The notes below the pieces were generated by a model. It was not told where the DNA came from, made no database searches, and saw only the letters and a list, made by a program, of their open reading frames with translations. DNA of 64,000 bases from the human T2T-CHM13v2.0 reference genome, Homo sapiens, in the NCBI RefSeq assembly GCF_009914755.1, contig NC_060940.1; one strand, 5' to 3'. Numbering within the stretch: position 1 is the stretch's first letter; each line of letters opens with the position of its first letter. The position numbers and the translations under genes are program-made. Positions 1 to 13,503 of the stretch are shown in pieces.

Positions 1-340
1 ATAGTGATGATGGTGATGATTGAAGATGATGGTGTGGCGGGGTGTGATGGTGATGATAATGGAGGATTATGTGATGATGGTGATGATGATGATTATGGGA
101 GATGATGGTGATGGAAGGTGACGGTGATGATGATGATGGAAGATGATGGTGCTGGTGGGGTGTGATGGTGATGATAATGGAGGATTATAGTGATGATGGT
201 GATGATGATGATTATGGGAGATGATGGTGATGGAAGATTAACAGTGATGATGATGATGGAAGATGATGGTGCTGGTGGGGTGTGATGGTGATGATAATGG
301 AGGATTATGGAGATGATGATGATGGAATATGATGGTGATA
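1..340. repeat. (GAT/GGT)n low-complexity tract with ~120-bp higher-order period
   Basis: 121-180 and 241-300 differ at 1 of 60 positions; 61-120 closely matches 179-239; cut by the window edge. Confidence 0.9.
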
Positions 341-575
341 CAATAGCTAAAACTTGAATGCTGACTTACATGTCAGTATTCTGGTAAGCAGTTTAAATAC
401 ATCTCATTTAGTCTTTGCAAGTGTTCTGGTAAATTCCCTTTCTGGCATTTTCTGCATTTTCATACATAAGAACGCCAAGGCAGAGATAAATGTCCTAACT
501 TGCCCACAGTCACACCACAAGTAAGCAGCAGTGTCAGACGCTGCCTGTCCAGCTTTGCCTGACACTAAGTCTCTG
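341..575 (-). mobile_element. MIR SINE
   Basis: Antisense MIR core: ...taacttgcccacagtcacac...; tail abuts the GAT tract. Confidence 0.7.
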
Positions 576-859
576 TGGGCAGCAGAGGGAAGGTTGGGGT
601 ATTTCTGCATGATAGGAATTCCTAGGCGCAGTTGGCTTTTTACAAGTTTCTTTCCTGTTCTCCTCTCATGCTTCCCTTGGCTGTGGCTAACCCTGTGCTT
701 ACACATGAAGGGCACATGATGTGGGTGAATTGAGAATTATTAGCTTCCTTGGAAGGAGGATAAAGGGCAAAGAATTAGGCACAAACATCCTTAATGTCCA
801 GGGCTCACCTCAAAGGGCTGGGCTCTGAGACACTGGTTTAAGTTCTGATCAGCCAGGTA

Positions 860-1085
860 GGTTAAAAGAACAGTTCTGAAACTGGATAGACTTCCATTCA
901 AGTTCATCTATTAGCCCTTCCCAGCTGTCTGACCTTGGGCAGGATGACGTCCTTGTTTTTCCTTTTTTGACTTGGTTTCTTTGTCTGTAAAATGGGGACA
1001 ATGGTGTCTATTCCTAGTGCTACCATGCCATGGAGTAAGTCCTTACATATTAGCTGGTGGTATTATTGTTGCTATAATTATTATT
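860..1085 (+). mobile_element. MIR SINE
   Basis: agctgtctgaccttgggcag...tctgtaaaatggggacaat, ttatt tail. Confidence 0.75.
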
Positions 1086-1684
1086 GCAGGAGTTCAGAGC
1101 CACCCAGAGGAAGGGGTGTGCCCAGTGCTTGACGTGATGACCTCTCTCGGCCTTGCCAACAGTCCTAAAGATGGATGATTTTGCTGAGGAATAGCTGTCT
1201 CTCCAAGAGGGCAAATAGGTTCCTCAGGGTCACCCAGCTCATATAGTGCCAGGGCTAGGATGTGCATCTCTGTCTGAACTCCCAAGCTGTCTTTTTCCCT
1301 CCACCAGACCTGGGCATTCCAGGTAGCTGGCAACCTTCTTGGCACCTTAAGCGCTGAATCCAAGGATGTCTCACAGCCCAGAGCATCTGGAAGGAGGTCA
1401 GACCCAGGCCTGGCCTGTTATTTTCACTGCTGTCTGTCTTTGTGCTGCCTGCAGGCTGACCTCGGCCACTGTTAGAGGCCTGTGAGCCACAGCCACTGAC
1501 CTGGTCTGAACCTGTCCTCAGCTTCTACTGTGGCAGAGCTTGATCAATCTAGGGAAATGGAGAAAGGGTGACTTTTATTTTCCCCTTCTCTCTGTGGCCA
1601 CGCAGTGATGGTGGAAGAGGTTAGGGACCACCTATGTTGGGCTCATCTCGTTCATTTTGGGAAGGGCTACAACTACCAGTTACA

Positions 1685-1865
1685 TCCCAAGGCAGACACT
1701 GGTAAGTGACATACATGCTTCATTTCATTAAGTCCTCATTGCAACCCCACGATGTGGGTGGTATCACCTGCCCCCCTTACAGAACAGGAAATGGAGATTA
1801 GGAGCTTTGCTCAGGGGCACCTGGAACCAGGACTTGAACCCAGGTTCCTCCTATTCATAGCTGCA
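1685..1865 (-). mobile_element. MIR SINE
   Basis: tcctcattgcaacccc...ttacagaacaggaaatggag...ggacttgaacccagg. Confidence 0.65.
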
Positions 1866-2249
1866 ACTTGACCTTCTCTAGGTGCTCGGCCTTGTGGAGG
1901 CAGAGAGAGGCGTCCTGGGAACCTGGCGTTGCTATCCGGAGCCCTTTCAGGGAGAATTACTTTGGGATAGCTGAGAGCTTTTGAGAATGGAATCCCCCGC
2001 CCTCCATGGTGCTGGCCGAGGGCGGGGTGAGGGGGTGATGAGTGTGGCCCAGCCCTGCCTTGGTTCCTCTGGGCACTCCTATCTGTGAGCTCCGAGCATC
2101 TCTGCAGACCGCCCGGAAACTTCAAGGAGGCCTGGCCAGCCGGATTCCCGTGGACCAGAGCAGCCGCGTGGGAGAGCAGAGATCATGAAGCTGCCGCGCC
2201 CCCTGCAGGCCGTGGGCTAGAAGTGCATCCGCCTCTGCACTGGGAGTTT

Positions 2250-2865
2250 TTCTTCTTAATAAACTTTTTTTTCTTTCACACTGAGTACAACGATTAATCT
2301 CTTAACAACAAGGATACGTCCTGGGAGGTGCGTCATTGGGTGATTTCATTATGTGAACCTCCTGGAGCGTAGTTACGCAAACCTAGATAATGTATATACA
2401 TTTATTTATATATTTTTTTCCATATAGAAAACCAAATGCGCAATTACTGAATCTCAGTCATCTCCCCGATTTGATCTGCAATGGCCAATATCAAATTCCA
2501 TATATCAGGTTTCTGTACCTGCTTCATTATAATCTTACGGGACCACCGTCATATCTGCAGTCTGTCATCGGCCGAAACATCGTTACATGGTGTGTGACTA
2601 TGTAATAAACACACAAAAAAGCAATCAACGCAAGAGTACAGCTGGATGAATTGTCACAGTGTGAACACATCTAGGACGCCAGCACCCACTTGAAGAACTG
2701 GAATATTACCAGCCACCCCGAGCCACCCACCTAGCGACTCGGCAGCCACCCTCCCAAGCGCCACCTGACTATTATCGCCAAAGGTTAATTTTGCCTGTTT
2801 GGAAATTCCTATCAATGGAATCGCACAGTAGTGTGTATTCTTTTCTATCTGGCTTCCTTTGATGA
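2250..2865 (-). mobile_element. L1ME-type 3' end, interrupted by Tigger3
   Basis: Antisense L1M 3'UTR: gtacagctggatgaattgtcacagtgtgaacaca...ttttgcctgttt...atggaatcgcacagta...tctggcttcctt. Confidence 0.7.
2288..2600 (-). mobile_element. Tigger3-family (Tigger3d/GOLEM-like) DNA transposon
   Basis: Ends match Tigger3: cttaacaacaaggatacgt... and cattataatcttacgggaccaccgtcatat...ccgaaacatcgttac...gact; TA at left flank. Confidence 0.8.
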
Positions 2866-3055
2866 CAAGAATGCATACATATATTCACCAAGTGTCATGT
2901 ACTAGAATTTTATAGGAGCACTGTTTGTAATAGCCCCAAATGTCCATCAACAGGAGAATGGGTAAATATATTATAGAATATTTATACAACAGGATTCTTA
3001 CAGCAATCAAAATAGATTAACAACTGCTGTGCATGGTAATGCTGATGAATCCTCA
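2866..3055 (+). mobile_element. L1ME segment, inverted relative to 2250-2865
   Basis: Sense L1 ORF2-end/3'UTR: tgtttgtaatagccccaaatgtccatcaacaggagaatgggtaaat...gatgaatcctca. Confidence 0.75.
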
Positions 3056-3233
3056 GTGATTTTTACGTAGTGTTCATGTGCCTTTCAAACGTGCACCAGG
3101 AGCTGGCCCAGCAGCCATGAGCTAGACTTTGCATTGGATACCCCAGAATGTTCTCAGACTGCTTCTGTGGGCCAAGCCAGTGCTGGAGCCTGGCCCTTAA
3201 AGACAGCTCTTGAGCTAGAAACATCTTTTAATT

Positions 3234-3625
3234 CAGTTGTTCTCAAGCCTAGCTGCACATTAGAATTACCCAGGGAGCTTTAAAGAACAAAACAACAGCA
3301 ACAGGTAACAACAGACAAACATACAACAATGTCCAGGCCTCACATCCTCAGAAAATCTGATGTAAGTTGGTCTGGGGTGGGGCCCAGACACTGGTATTTT
3401 TAAAGCCTCTGCAGTGAGTCTAGTGTGTGGCCAGGGTTGAGAATTACAGAGTGTGGGCCCCAGACCAGCAGTATCAGCGTTGCCTGGGAGCTTGTTGGAA
3501 CTGCACACTCTCGGGCTCTGTCCTAGACCTACTGAGTCAGAAACACCAGGGCTGAGGCCTGGGAATCTGTGTTTCAGCAAGCCCTCCAGGACATGCTGGT
3601 GCATGCTCAAAGTATAAGAACCCTG
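3234..3625. mobile_element. Two adjacent MER5 (MER5A/B) hAT-Charlie MITEs
   Basis: cagttgttctcaa...cacattagaattacccagggagct...gttgagaattac; then cagaccagcagtatcagc...actgagtcagaaac...taagaaccctg. Confidence 0.8.
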
Positions 3626-3741
3626 AACTACCTACTCCTCTCTGCAGATACAGAGGCTGTTCAGTAAGTATTTGCTGATGAGAGGAAACCCACAGGTCAC
3701 AGGTACCTGTTTTTCCCAATTCTAAATAACCTTTTCAGGCC

Positions 3742-4046
3742 TATTTATTTAATGCATATTCACTTAGTACTTCCTGCACGCCAGGTCCTGTGCTCCATGG
3801 TACCCAGCTTAGGTGTGCCTTCAGGGAGTTTGCAGTTTAATGAGGGGAGAGAGTTGGAGATACAAAGACACAATCACAAACCGCGATGAGTGCAATAAAA
3901 GCAGAATACAGGATGTGTTTATCCCTGGAGGATGCAGCCTGTGAGCTTAGACCTGAAGATGAAGAGATTTTAATGGAGAGATAGTGTGACAGAACATTTT
4001 AAGCAGAGGCAGTACAGTGTGTACAAAGGTCCTGTGGCCAGAAGGA
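3742..4046 (-). mobile_element. L2 LINE 3' fragment
   Basis: gccaggtcctgtgct...gccttcagggagtttgcagt...agacctgaagatga...caaaggtcctgtgg. Confidence 0.7.
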
Positions 4047-4391
4047 CTTGTCTATGCTGCATTAGTTTTGTGAGTGAGTCGTTTGGATGAAATGACATCT
4101 ACCACAGTGCTTGTCTTCAGCTTTCCAAAGCAGGGGCTCAGACTCAGGTGCAAGATCCGTCAGTGCCCCCAGAATAGTTCATCATTACCAAATTCTGTGC
4201 ATGTGTGAAAGAAAGTCATGAATATCTCACTCTTATTTAGTGTTCTAAACCATTAAACCATCAATAGTGCGGGGACTTGGTGCTTTTCTTACCTTCTAAG
4301 AGTGACCTCTATGGGAGAGGAAATCTGACTATGATGTTCTTCGTATTCGTTGTGGAATCCTGTTCACTTCTTTTGACCCTAGAGCCTACAC

Positions 4392-4586
4392 CAAGATTTG
4401 GCAAACTATGGCCCATGGGCCAAATCTGGTCCACTGCCTATCTTCCTAAATGAAGCTTTATCTAAATGCAGCTATGTACATTCACTTACATATTGTCTGT
4501 GACTTCTTTCATGTTATGGTAGCAGAGCTGAGAAGATGTGGCAGAGACTGTATAGCCCTTTACAGAAAAAGTGTGTTGACACCTTA
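4392..4586 (+). mobile_element. MER58A DNA transposon
   Basis: ggcaaactatggcccatgggccaaatctgg...gcagagctgag...ccctttacagaaaaag. Confidence 0.85.
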
Positions 4587-4644
4587 CTTAGATGGTTCTT
4601 GAAACTCAGATCCCGAAGACATAGCTTTCATTTTTGCCCTGAAA

Positions 4645-4797
4645 TTTTTTATTTGCTTATTTTCATTTTTGTTATTATTTCTTACATTTTGTAGAGATGG
4701 GATCTCACTATGTTACTCAGGGTGGTTTTGAACTCCTGGCCTCAAGCAACCCTCCCACCTTGGCCTCCCAAAGTCCTATGACCCACCATGCTTGTCT
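4645..4797 (-). mobile_element. FLAM/Alu left monomer
   Basis: gtagagatgggatctcactatgtt...gaactcctggcctcaagcaaccctcccaccttggcctcccaaag with T-rich tail. Confidence 0.85.
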
Positions 4798-6439
4798 GTT
4801 GCCCTGATCTTAATCTTTAAGACAAACCCTCCGCACCCTCTGTGTGTTTCCTCCTGTGAAAAAGGCCTACCTGAGATCTAAGGTGTAATGAGTTGGAAAT
4901 AGAAAGAATTGACTTCCACGTTGAAGCAAAAAGTACCCTGCCTCCATCAGCCTAGCAAAACTTTGCGAAGTCCCTGTCCCCATTGGTTTACCCTGGTGCT
5001 GATTGATGGGACAGAATATTTTCCATACACACCTATCATGGGCAAATGTAATAAGAGCTGAGAGTGAATGACAATACCGATCTGTCAAGATTGATGGAGT
5101 AGCCTGGGATTCTCCCCAGTGAGGCCATGCCGAGTGTTGACACAGCAATATGCTTGCTTGCTCTGCTCATTAAAGTTTAATGTTTGAAAACTTTGTCTTC
5201 ACTTCCCATCAGAGACCTTGAACGCACAAGGTAACCACACTGGAGACTGATTAAATCTTTCCTTTTTGTACCAGCGTTGGAGGGAAGGTGTTTCTGCAAC
5301 GGTAGCCAAAATATGAAATTAATCACCCTGTCTCATTTGTAGCTGTCTCAAAGCAGGCAATGAAAGTGGAAAGGAAAAAACAAAAGAAAAAGGATAGAAA
5401 ATAAAGAGATTTCAGAAGGGCAGAGATAAACAGCCTTCTTGTGGGGCTTTGTGAAGACTCACGAGGTGATTTACTTCTTAATGGAGCAGGAGGTGGGGTC
5501 CCATTTCAATGACGGGGTGTTCCTTTCTGCTTGTCCTTACTCACGTGCTTTGCTGTCCTGAGGCTGGGGTATGAATCCCTGTCAGAGCTCCAGAAGGAAA
5601 CTGAGTCTGAATTCTTAATATGCCTTCTTCCCAGACAGTTCTATGATGTCTCCTTGGCGGATGCTACCCTCATCCAGAAACCTTGTTCCCAAAGTCTAGA
5701 CATTCGGATTCCAGTCTTGCCTCTAGAATCTGCAGCGTATGTGACCTTGAGCCAGAGACTAGACTTGTGTGTCAAAGGAGAGTTGTCAGACTCTGACCTG
5801 CATGTGTCAGGGAAAGAACGAGAACACTAAATAAGGGTGAGATGCATCATGGCTTTCTTTTGCACATGCCTGGAATTTGGTAATGATGAATTACTCTGGG
5901 GGCATTGATGGATCTTGGGTCTGTGTCTGAGCCCCTGCTTTGAAAAGCTGAAGGCAGATGCTGTGGTCCAAGGATGAGGGAGGTCTTGGAGCAAGAGGGA
6001 GGTCTTGGCTGTTCACTGCCCTCTCCCACGAGGTCTTCTGGAGGCAGGTGTTCCTGGAGCCTGTGGGCCGATGGCAGAGGAGCCATATATGCTTGGCAGT
6101 TTGTGGGCAGGTTTGCATGTCACTGTGGGGTTACTGAAGACTAGAAACAGATTAGGGTGAAAGCCAACCAGATGGTGGTCCATTTGGAATTAGATGCTTA
6201 ATAGCTTTCGCTCCCTGGGCATCTGGGGTGGATCAACTAAGGGACCCTCAGAGATGAAAATGATCACGATGATTGAAAGGGCCAGTAGCAAATATGATCC
6301 TCAGTGGACCCCTGTTTACTCCTTCTTTTTATGTTCCAAACCTTCTAGAGTATGTTTTGGCTCCTGTAACTGAAGTAGGAATAATACAGCGTGGTCGCAG
6401 GAGAATAGAAAATCCCAGGCATCAGTTTTACGTGACTAG

Positions 6440-6968
6440 TGTATTAGTTCGTTCTCATACTGCTATAAAAGACATACCTCAGACTGGGTAATTTATGGAG
6501 GAAAGAGGTTTAATTGACTTACACTTCTGCAGGCTGTGCATGGCTGAGGAGGCCTCAGGAAACTTGCAGTCATGGCAGAAGGCAAAGGGGAAGCAGGCAC
6601 ATCTTTACACGGCAGATCAGGAGATCTAAGGTGTAATGAGTTGGAAATAGAAAGAATTAACTTCCACCTTGAAGCACAAAATACCCTGCTTCCATCAGCC
6701 TAGCAAAACTTTGGATACCAGTCTTTCCTCTAGAGTCTGCAGCGATTCTAGAATCTTGCCTCTTGAATCTGCAGAGAGAGACTGAGGGGGAACGTGTTGC
6801 ACACTTTTAAACAACCAGATCTCGGGAGAACTTGCTCACTGTCATGGTAACAGCAAGAGGAATATCCAGTCCCATCATCCAGTCACCTCCTACCAGGCCT
6901 CACCTCCAACACTTGGGATCACAGTTCAACATGAGATTTTGGTGGGATCACAGAGCCAATCCATATCA
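6440..6968 (-). mobile_element. MSTA (MaLR) solo LTR containing a foreign 154-bp patch
   Basis: tgtattagtt...ccatatca, perfect 5-bp TSD ACTAG (6435-6439, 6969-6973). Confidence 0.9.
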
Positions 6969-7280
6969 ACTAGCAAACAGGAAACTGTCACAATAGCTGC
7001 ATAAGCTAGCAGCTGAGAAGACCCTGAAAACTGGAGTGTGGGCCAAGCTGGCTAAGACCAACGGGACCCAACATGGTGCTGGATTTGACCTAGGTCTCAG
7101 GCAGGACCTCATGATATGCTCGTTAACATCGTAAACCACACACCCATCAGTACCAGGACAGATCCATAAACACCCATATCTGGTATTAATATGGGTGGCA
7201 GCACAATTCTGAGAAATCTTCACCTTTTTCTCCAGGCATCTTCATGAATGTTCCATCCCTTGGCTAAAGAAACCCATTAA

Positions 7281-7722
<442 letters not shown>

Positions 7723-7844
7723 TCACGCTGGTGTCAAGAGCCTGGACATTGGCTGGGGTCAAGGTCCCACTGGCATTTGGGGACCTCCCTTAGCCCTCCT
7801 GTACCATAATAAGCCTTTGCCTATTCTCTCCCCATTTTTACATG

Positions 7845-8095
7845 CCCAGCTCCTTCTCACTATTCAGCTTCATCTCGAATGTGTCCATCTCAGAGAGGCC
7901 TTTTCCATCTGCAGTGGTCTCTCTAGTCACATCTTCTTTCCTCATCTCTCGGTCGTACTCCGTGGTTATCCCACTTACTCACTTGTTATCAGGCATCATT
8001 TAGGAGGAAGCTTGCTTTTCTCTCTCTCTTAGTCACAGATGTCGGCCACAGGGCTGGATCATAGCAAGCAAACGCCCAATAAACGAGGGAGAGTG
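7845..8095 (+). mobile_element. L2 3' fragment
   Basis: tcagcttcatctcgaatgtg...cagagaggccttttcc...cccaataaac. Confidence 0.5.
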
Positions 8096-8930
8096 AGGAG
8101 GAGACGTGTTTGGGATGGGATGGGGAAATGGTTTCTGTACTGAACTCCCTGCATTTCCAGAGAGCTTGGCTTTTGTTACATCTTTATTTGCAATCAGCTG
8201 CTTCATCCCTGTGTCGAGATCCATTTCTAGTTAGAGATCATTTCCAATTAAAAAGTGCATAAACCACAGCCCAAGCGCTAATCCATTTCTGCTCAGTAGA
8301 AAGACTCCAATCATGGATTTTATCATTTGCCACCATTGATTTTCCATGAGTAATAATTACATTTTATACACAACATCTGCACTAAGTGATATTTATATCT
8401 GCAATTATCTGGCATAACTTTTAGTGTTAAAAAGAATTTTTTTTTCAGGGAGGGGGATATTGAGTAAATTGAATTTTTTTTACTTTCACAATCGTTTTTT
8501 ATCCAGACAATGCTCCTTCTCATATGAAATAATAATTTAGCAATCAGAGCCTGAAATGGTTTTATAAACGAAGTTTGAATTGACATTTCCACCAGCTGGG
8601 ATGGTAATTTTCAGCTTTCACCGGGGTTGGTGAATTTAGATCCACTCTTGAAATTTACTTTGCTATTATTATCTTTGAAATCCTTTGGGATATTTTTTTT
8701 TTCTCAGATAACACAAGCACTTCTCTCATCATGCTGGGTATTGCCCTGCTGTGAAGTTCTCGGTGAATCGCTCTACTCTTGAACTCAGCATTCAAGGCCT
8801 CACACAACAGATGCATCTTTTATGGGTTTAGAAAATGCTTGTTGAGCCTTGACTATGTGCTATGTATTCAACAGTGACCCAGAGAGACAAGAAAGAAGCA
8901 CTTTTAGCCAAGAGAAAGCTTACAGCTTCT

Positions 8931-9236
8931 GGCCAGGCACGGTGGCTCATGTCTCTAATCCCAGCACTTTGGGAGGGTGAGAGGCGGGTGAATCACCTGA
9001 GGTCAGGAGTTCAACACCAGCTTGGCCAACGCGGTGAAACCCTATCTCTACTAAAAATACAAAAAAAAAAAAAAAAGCTGGGCATGGTGGCACACACTCC
9101 CAGCTGCTTGGGAGGCTGAGGCAGGAGAATCACTTGAACCCAAGAGGCAGAGGTCGCAGTGAGCTGAGCTGAGATTGCTCCACAGCACTCCAGCCTGGAC
9201 AACAGAGTGAGATTCTGTTTCAAAATAAACAAAAGA
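8931..9236 (+). mobile_element. AluS
   Basis: Full dimer; TSD ~aaagcttacagcttct / aaagtttacagattct. Confidence 0.95.
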
Positions 9237-9506
9237 AAAGTTTACAGATTCTGATAATTGTCCCCAAGAATAACAAAGTGATGAAATCAAAGGCTTGCAG
9301 GGAGGATGCTTTAGGTAGTTTGTCCCTCTGAGGAGGTGGCTTTGGAGTGGACGCATAAAAGATGAGGAAGAGCTTGCCATGGAGAGATGGGGGAAAGAAA
9401 ATTTCAGGCAGAGGGAAAAAACATGTGCAAAGGCTGGAAGATGGGGAAAGCTGTCATTTTCAAGGAAGAGAGAAGATTCCAGAGTGGCTGGAGTGAGTGA
9501 GCTTGA

Positions 9507-9950
<444 letters not shown>

Positions 9951-10379
9951 TAGAAGATCACACTGCCTGCTGCAAGGAGAATAAAGGGTGGTGGGAGGAA
10001 AGGGGTGTGCATGGCACTGGGAAGATGTTTTAGGAGGCTGTGGCTGTTGTTTAGGCAGGAGAAGATGATAGCTCAGGCTAGGCTGTTGGGAGAGAAGATG
10101 GGGATAAGCATTTGAGAGATGGATACTCACACATCAACCTGATCTCTTATTTCCCAGCAGAAATTATCTGATAGGCAGTTGCAGCTTACACTGTACATTA
10201 TCTGGCAATTATATTTTTGCGTCTGGGCCTTCATGCCCTGCACCCATCACTCCCTCCCCTCCTATTATCATCCATATGTCCCTGGGCTTGGCACCAGGAT
10301 CTCTCCTCTGTAAGGCCTTTGGCCATCGTGGGTCTGCAGGTCCATCCTTCTCAGAGGTACTAAGTCAGGCTCTCACTGT

Positions 10380-10530
10380 TGGTGTGTAAGTGGCTCCTGG
10401 GCAGGTTGGTTAGGTGTGGATTCTAGAACCCCAGCCTCTAGGAATTCTGGCTTATGGGTCTCCAGCAGGGCCTGGGATCTCAATATGCACAAGTGCCCCA
10501 GGTGGTGCTCATGCTTGCTGGCCAGGCCGG
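10380..10530. mobile_element. MER5-like relic
   Basis: gattctagaaccccagcc...gggcctgggatc...aagtgccccaggtggtgctcatg. Confidence 0.45.
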
Positions 10531-10889
10531 CTCTGGTTTTCCATTTCTCCATTTCCCTCAGCTTTTTGTTCATCTTCTGTTCTAGGTCATAAGCTCTGAG
10601 GGTAGAAACTGGCTATATTTCATGTTTGTAATCTCTCAGTGCTTGGGTCCCAAGCTGTACGTGGAAAAGACACTCAAATATCTGTCTTATTTTGGGTAGA
10701 AAATACTAGAGGAATGACTGACTTCTGTAGTGTGGCTGGTCAGCCTGTCCTGGCACAGGTGACATTCTCTTGCTGCCCCTGTTGGTAGAACTCTCTCTGT
10801 CCAGGTCTCGGATTCCTGTCTCCCTTCTGCTCACCAATCCTGACCCACCTTTCAGGTTCCAGTGTGAACATCAACTCTTCACCCGTCCT

Positions 10890-11458
<569 letters not shown>

Positions 11459-11509
11459 TAGATCTGTGATCCATGCAAACCCATGAGGTCTACTCTCTCC
11501 TAATCATCA

Positions 11510-11695
11510 GCCTGCCTTCCTGCCTTCCCTCCATTCCCTCCCTTCCCTCCCTTCCCTCCTTCCCTCCTTCCCTCCTTCCCTCCTTCCCTTCCTCCCCTCC
11601 CACTCCCTGCCTCCCTCCCTCCCTCCCTCCCTTCATTCCATTCCATTGCATTCCGTTCCGTTCCGTTCCATTCCATTCCATTCTGTTCCATTCGT
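11510..11695. repeat. (CCTT/CCCT)n tract followed by (CATTC)n
   Basis: Pyrimidine tract 11510-11633, then ttcca/ttccg pentamers to 11695. Confidence 0.9.
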
Positions 11696-11959
11696 TTTTG
11701 CCCAGGCCGGAATGCAGTGGCACAATAATGGCTCACTGCAGCCTCAACCTGCTGAATTCAAGTGATCCTCCCACCTCAGCCACACAAGTAGCTGAGACAA
11801 CAGGCATGCAGTACCATGCCTGGCTAATTCTTTAATTTTCTGTAGAGATGAAGTCTCCTTATGTTGCCCAGGCTGTCTTGAACTCCTGGACTCACGCAAT
11901 CGTCCCGCCTCCACCTCCCAAAGTGTTGGGATTACAGGTGTGAGCCATCATGCCTGGCC
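11696..11959 (-). mobile_element. AluJ
   Basis: ataatggctcactgcagcctcaacct...gatcctcccacctcagcc (J-type). Confidence 0.9.
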
Positions 11960-12410
11960 GAGTATCAGGCTTTCAAATGTTTATATGCAGCTGCTAAACT
12001 TACTTCATGCTCTTTCTGTCTCTGCCATCAGCTATGTCAGGACCTAGAGTTCTCTCTCAACCTAAGTCACTCTATCCAGACACACCATCCTCAGCCAGCA
12101 GCCTCAGTGTATGGGTCCCAACATTGAATGCTTCAGATATGGTCCCGTTGGCAAAGTGTCTTATCAGCATTTCTTAGTGCAGCCTCTAATTCCATAAGCT
12201 TTTTGCGTGGTAACTTCACCACACAGTTGACTCAGAGGCTAACTGGTCTCCCAGCTTTCATCCTATACTTACGAATTGCCTTTCAGATTATAGCTTTTTC
12301 TCTAGTCTACCTCACATAGATCCCAAACTCCAGAGAGATGTCATGTAAGGACAAGGAATTATGGCTGGGAGAAGTTAAGCCCAGTGGTGCCTCTTCATGG
12401 GCAGGCATCA

Positions 12411-12802
<392 letters not shown>

Positions 12803-12939
12803 CTATTCCCCAGCCAAGCAGGCTCCCACATTTCTAAATGAATGAATAGCAGACAAACTATGCGGACGCCCTGTCGATCTAGTGGAAGGGTTGGTGAGGA
12901 GTGGTGGGGAGGCAGGCTGAATCCTGGGGGAAGAGGGTT

Positions 12940-13155
12940 TGTCTCTGGAGGCAGATGGGCTGGATTCAAATCCAAGGCTGGCTTTGGCTAAATTACTTTA
13001 ACCTTGCAGTCTCGTTTTTCCCCTCTGTTAAATGAAGGCAATTATAGCATCTTCCTCCTAAGTTGCTCAAATATTAAATGAGATGATGCCGTCAAATCTC
13101 CAAACACAGTTCATGGTGTGTGGGTAGTACCCAGTGAATGTTAATCTGATGATTA
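12940..13155 (+). mobile_element. MIR
   Basis: tctggaggcagatgggctggattcaaatcc...attaaatgagatgatg. Confidence 0.75.

Positions 13156-13503
<348 letters not shown>

Noticed and set aside
1-340. Asp/Gly-rich or His-rich coding repeat
   Set aside because: No ORF called; simple-repeat expansion at a MIR tail.
6621-6774. Patch as a processed (spliced) retrocopy of a local transcript
   Set aside because: Donor 1 is followed by CG rather than GT, donor 2 is not preceded by AG, there is no poly(A) or TSD, and a fold-back and re-copy are present.
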